DNA of 64,000 nt from Minisyncoccia bacterium (GTDB lineage: Bacteria > Patescibacteriota > Minisyncoccia > Phycocordibacterales > UBA9973): positions 89,768-153,767 of the forward strand of contig JBAQFO010000012.1 in the NCBI GenBank assembly GCA_049287305.1, in the 5' to 3' direction. The notes under the pieces were generated by a model that was given only the letters and a program-made list of their open reading frames with translations, ran no database searches and was not told the DNA's origin. Each line of letters opens with the position of its first letter. Within the stretch, counting starts at the first letter, position 1. Shown in pieces: positions 48,605 to 57,095 of the stretch. A program made the translations under genes and the position numbers.

Positions 48605-49909
48605 TTAATAGGTGAACACCTTCGCAATTGTTTTAAGAACAATCAAGATATCAAAAAAGATGGTTCTGTTTTTTATATAATAAAAATCATATCTTAATTT
48701 TTCCCTAGCATCTTCTACGGAAGACCCGTATTTGTAATTTACCTGAGCCCAGCCCGTCAATCCTGCTTTCACGGAATGTCTTAAATCATAATATAAGATA
48801 TCTTTTTTTAATACATTTATAAATTCTGGTCTTTCGGGACGAGGGCCAACAAAAGAAATATCACCCCTTAGAATATTTACTAATTGCGGAATTTCATCTA
48901 TGTGTGTTTCTCTCATAAATCGTCCAATCGGTGTTATCCTAGGATCCCTTCTGTTGTTTTCTGTCCAAACAGCGCCATTCTTTTCTGCATCAACATACAT
49001 AGATCTAAATTTATAAATAGTAAACTCTGTGTCATTCAGACTAATTCTCTTGTGTTTAAATAATACTGGCCCCCTTGATGTTATTTTAATTAGAATAGGA
49101 ATAATTATAAAAAGAGGTAAGAAAACAATCATTAATACGAAAGATAGACTCGCATCCAAAGCTCTTTTTGTAAAGTTGAAAATAGCTCTATTTTTGCTTA
49201 AATAATCCACAATTTCTTCCTTTTCTATTTTTTCAGTTGGAACTTTTTGAAATATTTCTGCATAAAAATTATTTATTGTGTATGCGAAAATTCCTCTCTT
49301 GATAAGAGTATAAATCTTATCAAATTCTTTTTCTGAAATTGAATTTATGACGACTAGGTCTGGATTTAGATTTATTATTTCATTTAAATCAAAATTGTTT
49401 GTTTCTTTTATAATTTCATAACCAATATTTTGATTTTGTTTTAACTCTGAGACCAAACTATTTTCTCCCTCGCTTATAATAATTATTTTCCTGTTAACCC
49501 CTTTTTTTACGAAATATCTCTTAATCAGGATTCTTAAATAAAAATCACTGATTCCAAAGATTGCTGTGAATAAAACCAAATTTGTTTTCGGAGTTAATTT
49601 AAAAAAATCTCCAAACATATAAAAGATCAAAGCAGAGAGAGCGAATGACACAGCCAAGCTTTTTATAAAAGAGTTGGTGAATTCAGCTGTGTTTTTGTTA
49701 AATCTAAAAGAGTATAAATTGAATATATAAAAAATAAGTAAAAACAAAAGGATGATAATAGAAAAGGGAAGAGCGTGGGCAGTTATTTGAGAATAAAGAT
49801 CACTCCCTCCATACCTTATAAAAAGCATCAAAAAAAGAGCACCAAAAGCGACAATTAAATCAACAATAAAAATAAGAAACATCTTAAATTGTATAAGTAA
49901 ACCCTTCAT
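48605..49909 (-). CDS. undecaprenyl-phosphate sugar phosphotransferase (WbaP/bacterial sugar transferase family)
   Basis: N-terminal TM helices and the conserved C-terminal sugar transferase domain (PRPERPEF-like region, ending DILIVLKTI). Confidence 0.8.
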   Translation of the reverse strand: MKGLLIQFKMFLIFIVDLIVAFGALFLMLFIRYGGSDLYSQITAHALPFSIIILLFLLIFYIFNLYSFRFNKNTAEFTNSFIKSLAVSFALSALIFYMFGDFFKLTPKTNLVLFTAIFGISDFYLRILIKRYFVKKGVNRKIIIISEGENSLVSELKQNQNIGYEIIKETNNFDLNEIINLNPDLVVINSISEKEFDKIYTLIKRGIFAYTINNFYAEIFQKVPTEKIEKEEIVDYLSKNRAIFNFTKRALDASLSFVLMIVFLPLFIIIPILIKITSRGPVLFKHKRISLNDTEFTIYKFRSMYVDAEKNGAVWTENNRRDPRITPIGRFMRETHIDEIPQLVNILRGDISFVGPRPERPEFINVLKKDILYYDLRHSVKAGLTGWAQVNYKYGSSVEDAREKLRYDFYYIKNRTIFFDILIVLKTIAKVFTY

Positions 49910-50021
49910 TTTTTTATTGCCTCAAAAGCATGCCCTGTTGATATATACTATATCAGGTAATGTAGCATAAAAGTGGATTTTTTACAGCTTTATTGTGGAA
50001 TTTAATAGATTGCTAAGTAAT

Positions 50022-50049
50022 TTGTGTTCTTGAAAGAAAGAGGTATAAT
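50022..50049 (+). promoter_or_regulatory. promoter TTGTGT-16-TATAAT placed 6 nt before ATG (leaderless-type)
   Basis: TATAAT at 50044-50049 and ATG at 50056. Confidence 0.4.
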
Positions 50050-50055
50050 TTTCTC

Positions 50056-50475
50056 ATGATAAGAGGATTTACTTGTGGAGCTATGGACTTGTTGCATGCG
50101 GGACATATTTTGATGTTAAAAGAATGTAAAACTCAATGTGATTTTCTTGTAGTGGGGCTACAAACTGATCCAACCATAGATAGACCAGAAAAAAATAAAC
50201 CCATAGAAACGTTAGAGGAGAGATTGATACGTCTAGAAGGATGTAAATACGTGGATGGGGTGGTAACGTATGACACAGAAGAAGATCTTTATCAGCTTCT
50301 TCTAAAACTAAAACCCGACCTTCGTTTTATGGGAGCGGACTGGAAGAGTAAGAAGAATTATTCCAGAGACAAACTTCCTTCTATGCAAGTTATTTACAAC
50401 AGTCGAGACCATGGATACTCTAGTAGTGACTTAAGGAAAAGGATTATGAACAGCCAGAAACCCCACGGGATTTAA
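50056..50475 (+). CDS. cytidylyltransferase-like nucleotidyltransferase (TagD/RfaE-II type)
   Basis: CGAMDLLHAGH (HxGH motif), 139 aa. Confidence 0.75.
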   Translation: MIRGFTCGAMDLLHAGHILMLKECKTQCDFLVVGLQTDPTIDRPEKNKPIETLEERLIRLEGCKYVDGVVTYDTEEDLYQLLLKLKPDLRFMGADWKSKKNYSRDKLPSMQVIYNSRDHGYSSSDLRKRIMNSQKPHGI

Positions 50476-50573
50476 ATCAAAAAGTCTTTTTTGCTCATTA
50501 TAGTTTTTATAAGTGTTTTAGCTAAGTGGTAGTTTGGTTTGCCTAAAATAGTAATTTTCTATACAATAAGAAG

Positions 50574-50882
50574 ATGGAAAATGATTCAATCAACGAAAAT
50601 ATCCCTGAAGAAGACAAAGCTCCGACTCGACTTGAGATAATTCAAAGCAAAAAGAATCTAATAATGCTGATAGTTGGAGTCTTGGTTTTGGCGACCTTGG
50701 CTATTTTCGGAGCTTCAAAATATTTGAAACCCGTGAGACTTGAAACCATAGAAGATGGTTGCCGTTCGGGCGACAGATTTAGTCAGACGACAGGCAAGCC
50801 GTGTCAGGGAGGAGAATTGCCTCCGACTTGCCTAGAAGGAGACCTCTTCAATCATGAAACGGGTGAACCGTGTCTGGAATAA
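50574..50882 (+). CDS. small membrane-anchored protein with two Cys-bracketed repeats
   Basis: A TM helix followed by CRSGDRFSQTTGKPC and CLEGDLFNHETGEPC. Confidence 0.5.
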   Translation: MENDSINENIPEEDKAPTRLEIIQSKKNLIMLIVGVLVLATLAIFGASKYLKPVRLETIEDGCRSGDRFSQTTGKPCQGGELPPTCLEGDLFNHETGEPCLE

Positions 50883-50903
50883 AACATTTTTAATTTTGGA
50901 GCA

Positions 50904-50932
50904 AGCCGCCCGAAGGGCGGCTTTGTGTTTTT
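50904..50932 (+). terminator. intrinsic terminator: AGCCGCCC GAA GGGCGGCT then TTGTGTTTTT
   Basis: Perfect 8-bp stem followed by a T tract. Confidence 0.8.
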
Positions 50933-50958
50933 CCTCAATATTGATACAATTGGCGCAT

Positions 50959-51153
50959 ATGATGGATATTGTTTTAAAACTTCTCTTCTTCCTGTTCATC
51001 CTTCCTTATTTGATAATTGAGGAGGGGATTGAAATGCTAAATGGCTACAGGGTAAAGCACGGCAAGCCAAAAATAAAAATGGACTGGATGACCTTCACTC
51101 TTGTCGCTCTCGTAATTGTTGTCATAATTTTATGGCTCAATGGTTTCCGTTAA
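50959..51153 (+). CDS. small two-helix membrane protein, hypothetical
   Basis: The start is placed at MMDIVLK, after the terminator hairpin that the track ORF would otherwise include. Confidence 0.3.
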   Translation: MMDIVLKLLFFLFILPYLIIEEGIEMLNGYRVKHGKPKIKMDWMTFTLVALVIVVIILWLNGFR

Positions 51154-51217
51154 TCCTAGAACTATAAGCTGTGGGTGCAATTTGCTTCCTTTGTTTTAGT
51201 TGATATAATCAGCTCAT

Positions 51218-51376
51218 ATGATTACGAAACACTTTTTCAAACGCTTGGCTGTATTTTTATTCATGATAGCCCTCGGAATGGCGGGTGTTCTTCTCCTTGG
51301 CAACATAAAATTTAACGATAAAGAAGCCGAAACAGTCCAAACTGCATCCGAGCCTTGCGTTGGCGACGAGTGCTAG
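51218..51376 (+). CDS. 52-aa signal-anchored peptide ending CVGDEC, hypothetical
   Basis: TTGATA/TATAAT lies 8 nt before the ATG. It is not in the ORF track because it is under 60 aa. A hydrophobic core follows a basic N-terminus. Confidence 0.25.
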   Translation: MITKHFFKRLAVFLFMIALGMAGVLLLGNIKFNDKEAETVQTASEPCVGDEC

Positions 51377-51471
51377 CCGAGTAACTTTTGCCCCGATGCC
51401 CCACAGGCCAAAGTCACGCGGGGTTTTTATTTTGACTAATATATGTATACTTAAGGCGAAAGGAGACGCCC

Positions 51472-51714
51472 ATGCTCTTGTGTGAACTTATCGTTCGGTG
51501 TGAGAAGTGCCCTCGCGGTGAAGATGGGGATCTTCAAATATGCCACCTTATACAGGTGTGGACGGGCGGCGTTGGTGTGTCCGTGGCAATCGCAACCTGT
51601 GAAAGGTGTGGCTACCAAGAGGAGTGTGATATCTCCTATCCCGCACTCGTCGCAGAGCACGAGGAACGAAGCAGTCGGGTTGTCCCGAATCCCGAATCTT
51701 CGTTCGTCATGTAG
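51472..51714 (+). CDS. small GC-rich Cys-rich protein (CEKC...C..CERCGYQEEC), hypothetical
   Basis: AGGAG 6 nt before the ATG; a downstream hairpin AGGGGC...GCCCCT is followed by a T tract. GC content is well above the window background. Confidence 0.4.
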   Translation: MLLCELIVRCEKCPRGEDGDLQICHLIQVWTGGVGVSVAIATCERCGYQEECDISYPALVAEHEERSSRVVPNPESSFVM

Positions 51715-51926
51715 TGAGGGGACAATGAAGAATCATCAGAGCCTGAGTTGTTCAGGAAAGGGGCAAAACGCAAGTTAGCCCCTTTATCATTTCCAGGCTT
51801 GCGGTTTGGACGAATTGTGATATATTACATATACCGCAGAGAAAGTAGGCACAGATAGTTTATCTGGTTAAGTCCTATTTAGTGGGTCGATATTCCTTTT
51901 GCCTATATGGTGGAATGGAAGAAAAA

Positions 51927-51950
51927 CTTGCGGCGGAAGCCGTTTTTTTG
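51927..51950 (+). promoter_or_regulatory. attenuator-like hairpin (CGGC GGAA GCCG then TTTTTTT) in the rplJ leader
   Basis: A GNRA-capped stem plus a U-run about 30 nt upstream of the rplJ ATG. Many bacteria have a regulated rplJ leader. Confidence 0.45.
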
Positions 51951-51975
51951 TTGAAAAAAATTAAATCAAAAAATT

Positions 51976-52455
51976 ATGTTACAAAAATCAAAAAAGGAGG
52001 AAATGATAAAAGACCTGGAAGGAGCCATTAAAGGTTCCGAATCTTTGGTTTTTGTTAATTTCCATGGCTTGAAAGTAGCCGACGAAACCAAGTTAAGGAG
52101 AGCTTTGCGAGACAACGGAGTAAACTACAAAGTGTCTCGAAAGACTCTTTTGAAACGCGCTCTTGAAGGCAAGGCGGAAGGAGAATTGCCTGAACTTGCC
52201 GGAGAAGTAGCGATAGCGTATTCCAAGGACGGCACCGCGTCTCCTCGCGAAGTTTACAACTTCCAGAAAGCGAATAAAGGTCTTCTAAACATTATCGGAG
52301 GCATATTCAATGGAAAATTTGTGGATGGAGCATATATGATGGAGATTGCGACAATCCCTTCCAAGGAAGTTTTGCTTTCAAAGTTCGCATTCTTGCTGAA
52401 GAGCCCAATGCAGAGATTTGCCTTGGCCTTGAGCGAAGTGTCAAAGAAAAAATAA
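51976..52455 (+). CDS. rplJ: 50S ribosomal protein L10
   Basis: Matches the L10 family; followed by rplL. Confidence 0.9.
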   Translation: MLQKSKKEEMIKDLEGAIKGSESLVFVNFHGLKVADETKLRRALRDNGVNYKVSRKTLLKRALEGKAEGELPELAGEVAIAYSKDGTASPREVYNFQKANKGLLNIIGGIFNGKFVDGAYMMEIATIPSKEVLLSKFAFLLKSPMQRFALALSEVSKKK

Positions 52456-52480
52456 ATTTATTATTTAATTATTAAAAAAT

Positions 52481-52852
52481 ATGAACAAAGATACATTATT
52501 GGAATGGTTAGACAAAGCAACAACCCTTGAACTAAATGAAGTTGTGAAAGCTATTGAAGAAAAATTCGGAGTATCCGCTCAAGCTGTCGCTGTAGCAGGA
52601 GGCGGAGGAGCCGCAGCCGGCGCCGAAGCAGCCGAAGAGAAAGACGCCTTTACTGTTGTTCTAGCATCAGCCGGAGAACAGAAAATCGCCGTGATGAAAG
52701 TTGTGAAAGAAGCTCTAGGACTAGGACTTAAAGACGCAAAGGATTTGGTTGACGCCGCTCCTTCTACCTTGAAAGAAGGAATGAAGAAAGCCGAAGCTGA
52801 AGACTTGAAGAAGAAAGTTGAGGAAGCTGGAGGAAAGGTTGAACTTAAATAG
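52481..52852 (+). CDS. rplL: 50S ribosomal protein L7/L12
   Basis: Ala/Gly-rich hinge and the conserved C-terminal domain [16 protein letters not shown]...[12 protein letters not shown]. Confidence 0.95.
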   Translation: MNKDTLLEWLDKATTLELNEVVKAIEEKFGVSAQAVAVAGGGGAAAGAEAAEEKDAFTVVLASAGEQKIAVMKVVKEALGLGLKDAKDLVDAAPSTLKEGMKKAEAEDLKKKVEEAGGKVELK

Positions 52853-52874
52853 TTCAACCTTCGGCAACTTATTA

Positions 52875-52950
52875 TTTTAGACTGCACGGATATTTTTTTG
52901 CTAAAAAATTCCTCGTGCTCGAGCCGTCGCTCTCGCAAGTCAGCCTAAAA
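52875..52950 (+). repeat. hairpin element copy B (imperfect arms TTTTAGACTGCAC / GTCAGCCTAAAA; conserved loop ..TGCTAAAAAATTCCTCGTGCTCGAGCCGTCGCTCTCGCAAG)
   Basis: The loop aligns with copies A and C. It sits in the rplL 3' region upstream of the purH terminator. Confidence 0.5.
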
Positions 52951-53021
52951 CAACAAGTTACCTCCGTTGTAGCCCTTACAAAATACAAATTGCTTTCCTT
53001 GCCTAGAAATACTAAAATTAA

Positions 53022-53049
53022 AACACCCGTAAAGGGTGTTTTAATTTTT
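53022..53049 (+). terminator. intrinsic terminator: CACCC GTAAA GGGTG then TTTTAATTTTT
   Basis: Perfect 5-bp stem and T tract immediately before the purH ATG. Confidence 0.7.
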
Positions 53050-54657
53050 ATGAAACAAAAAACTGCCCTAATATCTGTATATAACAAAGAAGGCATAGTG
53101 GAATTTGCCAAAGAACTCGTAAACCTAGACTGGAAGATAGTTTCTTCGGGAGGCACAGCCAAGCACTTGGTGGAAGCTGGGGTGGCTGTCACGGACGTAG
53201 AAGAGATAACGGGCATGCCCGCTATTTTATCCCACAGAGTAGTGACACTTCATCCGAAAATCCACGGAGGGCTTCTAGCTCTGAATACTCCTGAACATTT
53301 AGCAGAATTGGAAAAATATGGAATTCCTTGGATAGATATGGTCTGCGTGGACCTTTATCCGTTGGAAGAAGAAACCAAAAGTCCAAACGCAACCCTAGAG
53401 TCGGTCATAGAAAAAACAGATATAGGCGGACCCACAATGATTCGCTCGGGAGCGAAAGGTGGACGTATCGTTGTTTGTGACCCCGCCGACCGGGCAAAAG
53501 TAATTGATTGGCTAAAAAACGGCGAAGCGGAGAGAGAAGAATTTTTAAATAATTTGTCCGCAAAAGCGGAAGCGGTAATAGCCAGGTATTGTTCTATGTC
53601 CGGAGAATATAGAAGTGGGGGAGAGTCAAAAGGAATCTTCGGAAACAAACAATTGGAATGCGCTTATGGTGAAAACGCCTACCAAAAACCCGCCAGCCTG
53701 TATGGAAATTTAAATACAAAAGAAGACGCGCTTGCGATTCATAATTGGCAGCTTGTGGCGGGTAGCCCCTTGAGCTACAACAATATTTGCGACTTGGATA
53801 GAATGATGCAAACGATGACCCACATCGGTGCGGGATTTGAGAAAAATTTTGCAAAAGAAAATAAAGGAGTTCCATTCGTGGCTATCGGAGCCAAGCACGG
53901 CAATGCCTGCGGAGCGGGTATCGGTGAAAATGAAATTGAGGCAATCGGGAAGATGCTTCAGGGGGATTTGCGCGCTATTTTCGGCGGTTCGGTTATGCTT
54001 AATTTCCCGGTGGATGAAAATATTGCGGAAGAACTTATTCACAAATACGCGGGAGAAGGAAGACGGCTTTTGGATATCGTCGCTGCTCCATCTTTCAGCC
54101 TCGAAGCGGTAGAAATTCTTTCCCGCAAAAAGGGAAAATGCAGACTGCTTGCCAACCTCGCTATTTCCAAGGCGGGACTTGCGACGCTTGATGTTGCAAT
54201 GAGGTTTCGCTATGTTCGGGGAGGTTTTATGGAACAGCCCAATTATACTTTTGTGCCCGATATAAATAACAAAGATATTATCCTGGCATGGGCAGTGGGA
54301 AGCACTTCTAATAGTAACACCATAACCCTAGTTAAAGACGGAAGGCTTTACGGGAACGGCGTGGGTCAGCAAGACCGGGTAGGGGCGGCCAAGCTTGCGA
54401 TTTTCCGAGCGGATGACGCGGCCAAATTTTCTGATGCTACGCTGGAGATGGCGGACCTGGAGAACGCGACAGCTTACAGCGACAGCTTCTTTCCTTTTCC
54501 TGATGCTCCGGAAACCCTAATAAATCGGGGGATCAAAACTATTTTCTCAACAAGCGGTTCGGTCAATGACGAGAAAATAATAGAGTTGTGTAAGGCTAAA
54601 AATGTAAATCTTGTATTAATTCCCGACACGGAAGCAAGGGGATTTTATCAACACTAG
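53050..54657 (+). CDS. purH: bifunctional AICAR transformylase / IMP cyclohydrolase
   Basis: MKQKTALISVYNKEGIVEFAKEL...TGGTAKHL. The true start is ATG 53050; the track ORF from 52915 is an upstream extension. Confidence 0.85.
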   Translation: MKQKTALISVYNKEGIVEFAKELVNLDWKIVSSGGTAKHLVEAGVAVTDVEEITGMPAILSHRVVTLHPKIHGGLLALNTPEHLAELEKYGIPWIDMVCVDLYPLEEETKSPNATLESVIEKTDIGGPTMIRSGAKGGRIVVCDPADRAKVIDWLKNGEAEREEFLNNLSAKAEAVIARYCSMSGEYRSGGESKGIFGNKQLECAYGENAYQKPASLYGNLNTKEDALAIHNWQLVAGSPLSYNNICDLDRMMQTMTHIGAGFEKNFAKENKGVPFVAIGAKHGNACGAGIGENEIEAIGKMLQGDLRAIFGGSVMLNFPVDENIAEELIHKYAGEGRRLLDIVAAPSFSLEAVEILSRKKGKCRLLANLAISKAGLATLDVAMRFRYVRGGFMEQPNYTFVPDINNKDIILAWAVGSTSNSNTITLVKDGRLYGNGVGQQDRVGAAKLAIFRADDAAKFSDATLEMADLENATAYSDSFFPFPDAPETLINRGIKTIFSTSGSVNDEKIIELCKAKNVNLVLIPDTEARGFYQH

Positions 54658-54664
54658 CACTGTG

Positions 54665-54693
54665 TTGGTTTAAATTTAAGGTAAGTGTATAAT
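54665..54693 (+). promoter_or_regulatory. promoter TTGGTT-17-TATAAT placed 6 nt before ATG 54700 (leaderless-type)
   Basis: Read from the sequence. Confidence 0.45.
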
Positions 54694-54699
54694 TAACGT

Positions 54700-57048
54700 A
54701 TGAAAAAATACATCTCAGCATTTTTTATAGTTGCTATTGTTTTTGGTCTTTTTAGTTTTAATATTAAACCAACTCTTGCTAAAACAAGAAGCGTTTCTTC
54801 GGGTGCTGAGTGTCCTAGTGTACTGGATGATTTTTCCGACAACGCTCCGCCGAGGCTTGCTTATGTGAACAAACATGCTTTGAATTTATATGTTGGAGAA
54901 GACTATAGTAATCACGGCGGTAGAGACTATGGAGCTATTGGAACAAGAATGACGAATTTGTTGTCAGGCAATTTAAAGCCTATAGTGGTAACAGCGCTTG
55001 ATCCTCTTCCATCCGGATTGACCAGCATAAAACAAGACGAGATAACTTACGGGAGAGAAATCACGACCTATGTAAATGGTGTTCTTGTGTCCAGCAAGGG
55101 CCCTTGGCTCAGACTTTTTATTCCAGGTAGTCCGAAACAAGTCGGAGATACTTTAGTAAGGATTAAAGCCGAATTTATGTCCGAAGGAGTTCCTTGTGTT
55201 GAAACAGGTTTTATTAATTTTCACATTACAAAGAAAAAAGACAAATCTACTCCTCCGCCTCCGCCGCCCATAGATACAACTCCAAGCGCTGGAGGTAAAA
55301 TAAGGTTTATTAAAGAAGCCGTAAAACCTATTCAAAGAGATCCCAACGGGAGCGTAACCCTTGAAGAAATACTAGCAATAAAGGACAAGTTTGTGATTTC
55401 CGGCGAATGTGGCAGCAGGTTCACCAATCTATGGGTAATTAAAGAAGACGGCTCTGTCGTTTCAGAAAGAAATGCCTGCGTGGATGCGATGCACGGCACC
55501 GGTTGGGCCGATTTATACGGACATGGGCATATTTCTTCGCAGTTATTATTAAATTGGGGCAACGACGAGGGTGCTTTTGTGCACGGGATAGTAGCTACCG
55601 GCAATATGTGGATATGTTTACTCCGAGGTCCGAGCGGTGAGCCGGGAGATTGTGAACCGGAAAATGTTTATCCCGGCGGATTCAATCGCGCCGTTTATTA
55701 TGGGATGGATGAAACAGGCAGGATAGAACCAGTTTCCGTTTCTCCGGACCCAGGCGGACCAATAACATACAACTATGGTTTGACTGTATTAAAGGATCGG
55801 CTTCTTACAAGAGAGGGAAAATTACTTGGCCTGCCAGACTGGAACAGTCAGGGGGCTAGTGGTGCTATAGATGAAAACAGCAGTATCGGATTTGGCGATT
55901 TCCTTATCCAGCGGTATGGCAATAACAGCAATGGAGGCTGGAAAGTATATAAAGTTTCCGCAAATGGCGCAAAAACATACCTAGAGACCTTGCCCGTAAA
56001 ATACAATGCCTTATATAATTTTGATAACTCTACCTGGCCGCCCAAACTGACATTTTTGGAGTATGTTAATGGCTCGGGATACCCTACACCAAGTCCAGTA
56101 AGAATTTATGCTTATAAAGCTACAGCCAGTGGCATTACATTAGATAAAACGATTAATTTGCCTGCAACCTTTTCTCATTTGCCGGTGGCTGCTTATGGAA
56201 CAAAGTTTGCAGTATGGGGGGACTACGTGGCTGTTATCTCCAGCGGTAAAACTGGTGCTCAATACAAAAGTGCGGGGGGAGCTATGGTAGATCTTTATAA
56301 CACCAGAATAGAACTCTGGAAAAATGGCACCAAAATAGACGAGTTGGTAGCGATTCCCGATCCATATGGCGGGAGTCTAAGCATGGCTACGATTTCCAAA
56401 AATGGATATTTAGCAGTAAGGGAAAGTAAAAACAACGCGATTCGTATTTATAAACTTGAGATGGGTCCGTCTACGGACCTTCCCATTACCCCCATAGCTA
56501 CCGGCTGCGCCTCTGGCGAAAAATTTAGCAGCAGCACCGGTGTTCCTTGCACCTGCGTTCTTAATCCGCCATTCCCACTTGGGACAAGAGGAGAGGCCGT
56601 CAGAGTGTTACAGCAAAAACTAAAAGACGCTGGATTCTTTGGTAGTAATAAAGTTGACGGAGTATACGGACCCGCGACTGCGGCAGCTGCCATGGCTCAC
56701 TGTGCGAGCGTAGAGAATCCTAGATACAAAGTAACTCCACCAACCTCTTCTACCGCTCCTGTAATAAAAGCAATAAGCGGACCGACGTCCCTAAAAGTAA
56801 ATGAACAAGGAACCTGGACAGCCACAGCCACTGATGCCAATAATGATGACCTCTCTTGGAGTGTAAACTGGGGAGAAGGAAAGTCCACCGAAACATGTAA
56901 AGTAAATCCACCAGTGGGAACTTCTCAAAACTGGAGCTATACCGTTTCAAACGGCTGGACAAAGGCCGGAAGCTACACGGTTAAAATCTACGTAAACGAT
57001 TGCAAAGGAGGAACAACAAGCAAGTCTTTCACTGTGAAAGTAAACTAA
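54700..57048 (+). CDS. secreted surface protein: signal peptide, large beta-rich region, Cys-bracketed repeat, PG_binding_1-like domain and a C-terminal PKD-like domain
   Basis: MKKYISAFFIVAIVFGLF signal peptide, CASGEKFSSSTGVPC, RGEAVRVLQQKLKDAGFFGSNKVDGVYGPATAAAAM, and WSVNWGEG...GSYTVKIYVND (PKD-like). Confidence 0.65.
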   Translation: MKKYISAFFIVAIVFGLFSFNIKPTLAKTRSVSSGAECPSVLDDFSDNAPPRLAYVNKHALNLYVGEDYSNHGGRDYGAIGTRMTNLLSGNLKPIVVTALDPLPSGLTSIKQDEITYGREITTYVNGVLVSSKGPWLRLFIPGSPKQVGDTLVRIKAEFMSEGVPCVETGFINFHITKKKDKSTPPPPPPIDTTPSAGGKIRFIKEAVKPIQRDPNGSVTLEEILAIKDKFVISGECGSRFTNLWVIKEDGSVVSERNACVDAMHGTGWADLYGHGHISSQLLLNWGNDEGAFVHGIVATGNMWICLLRGPSGEPGDCEPENVYPGGFNRAVYYGMDETGRIEPVSVSPDPGGPITYNYGLTVLKDRLLTREGKLLGLPDWNSQGASGAIDENSSIGFGDFLIQRYGNNSNGGWKVYKVSANGAKTYLETLPVKYNALYNFDNSTWPPKLTFLEYVNGSGYPTPSPVRIYAYKATASGITLDKTINLPATFSHLPVAAYGTKFAVWGDYVAVISSGKTGAQYKSAGGAMVDLYNTRIELWKNGTKIDELVAIPDPYGGSLSMATISKNGYLAVRESKNNAIRIYKLEMGPSTDLPITPIATGCASGEKFSSSTGVPCTCVLNPPFPLGTRGEAVRVLQQKLKDAGFFGSNKVDGVYGPATAAAAMAHCASVENPRYKVTPPTSSTAPVIKAISGPTSLKVNEQGTWTATATDANNDDLSWSVNWGEGKSTETCKVNPPVGTSQNWSYTVSNGWTKAGSYTVKIYVNDCKGGTTSKSFTVKVN

Positions 57049-57095
57049 CTCTGTTCGCAAATTGCGAAACATACAAGGGGGTGTATAATTGGGGT

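Noticed and set aside
52915-53049. purH start at 52915, and the 57000 start for the second adhesin
   Set aside because: The upstream extensions run through a terminator hairpin and a promoter respectively. The conserved N-termini begin at 53050 and 57096.
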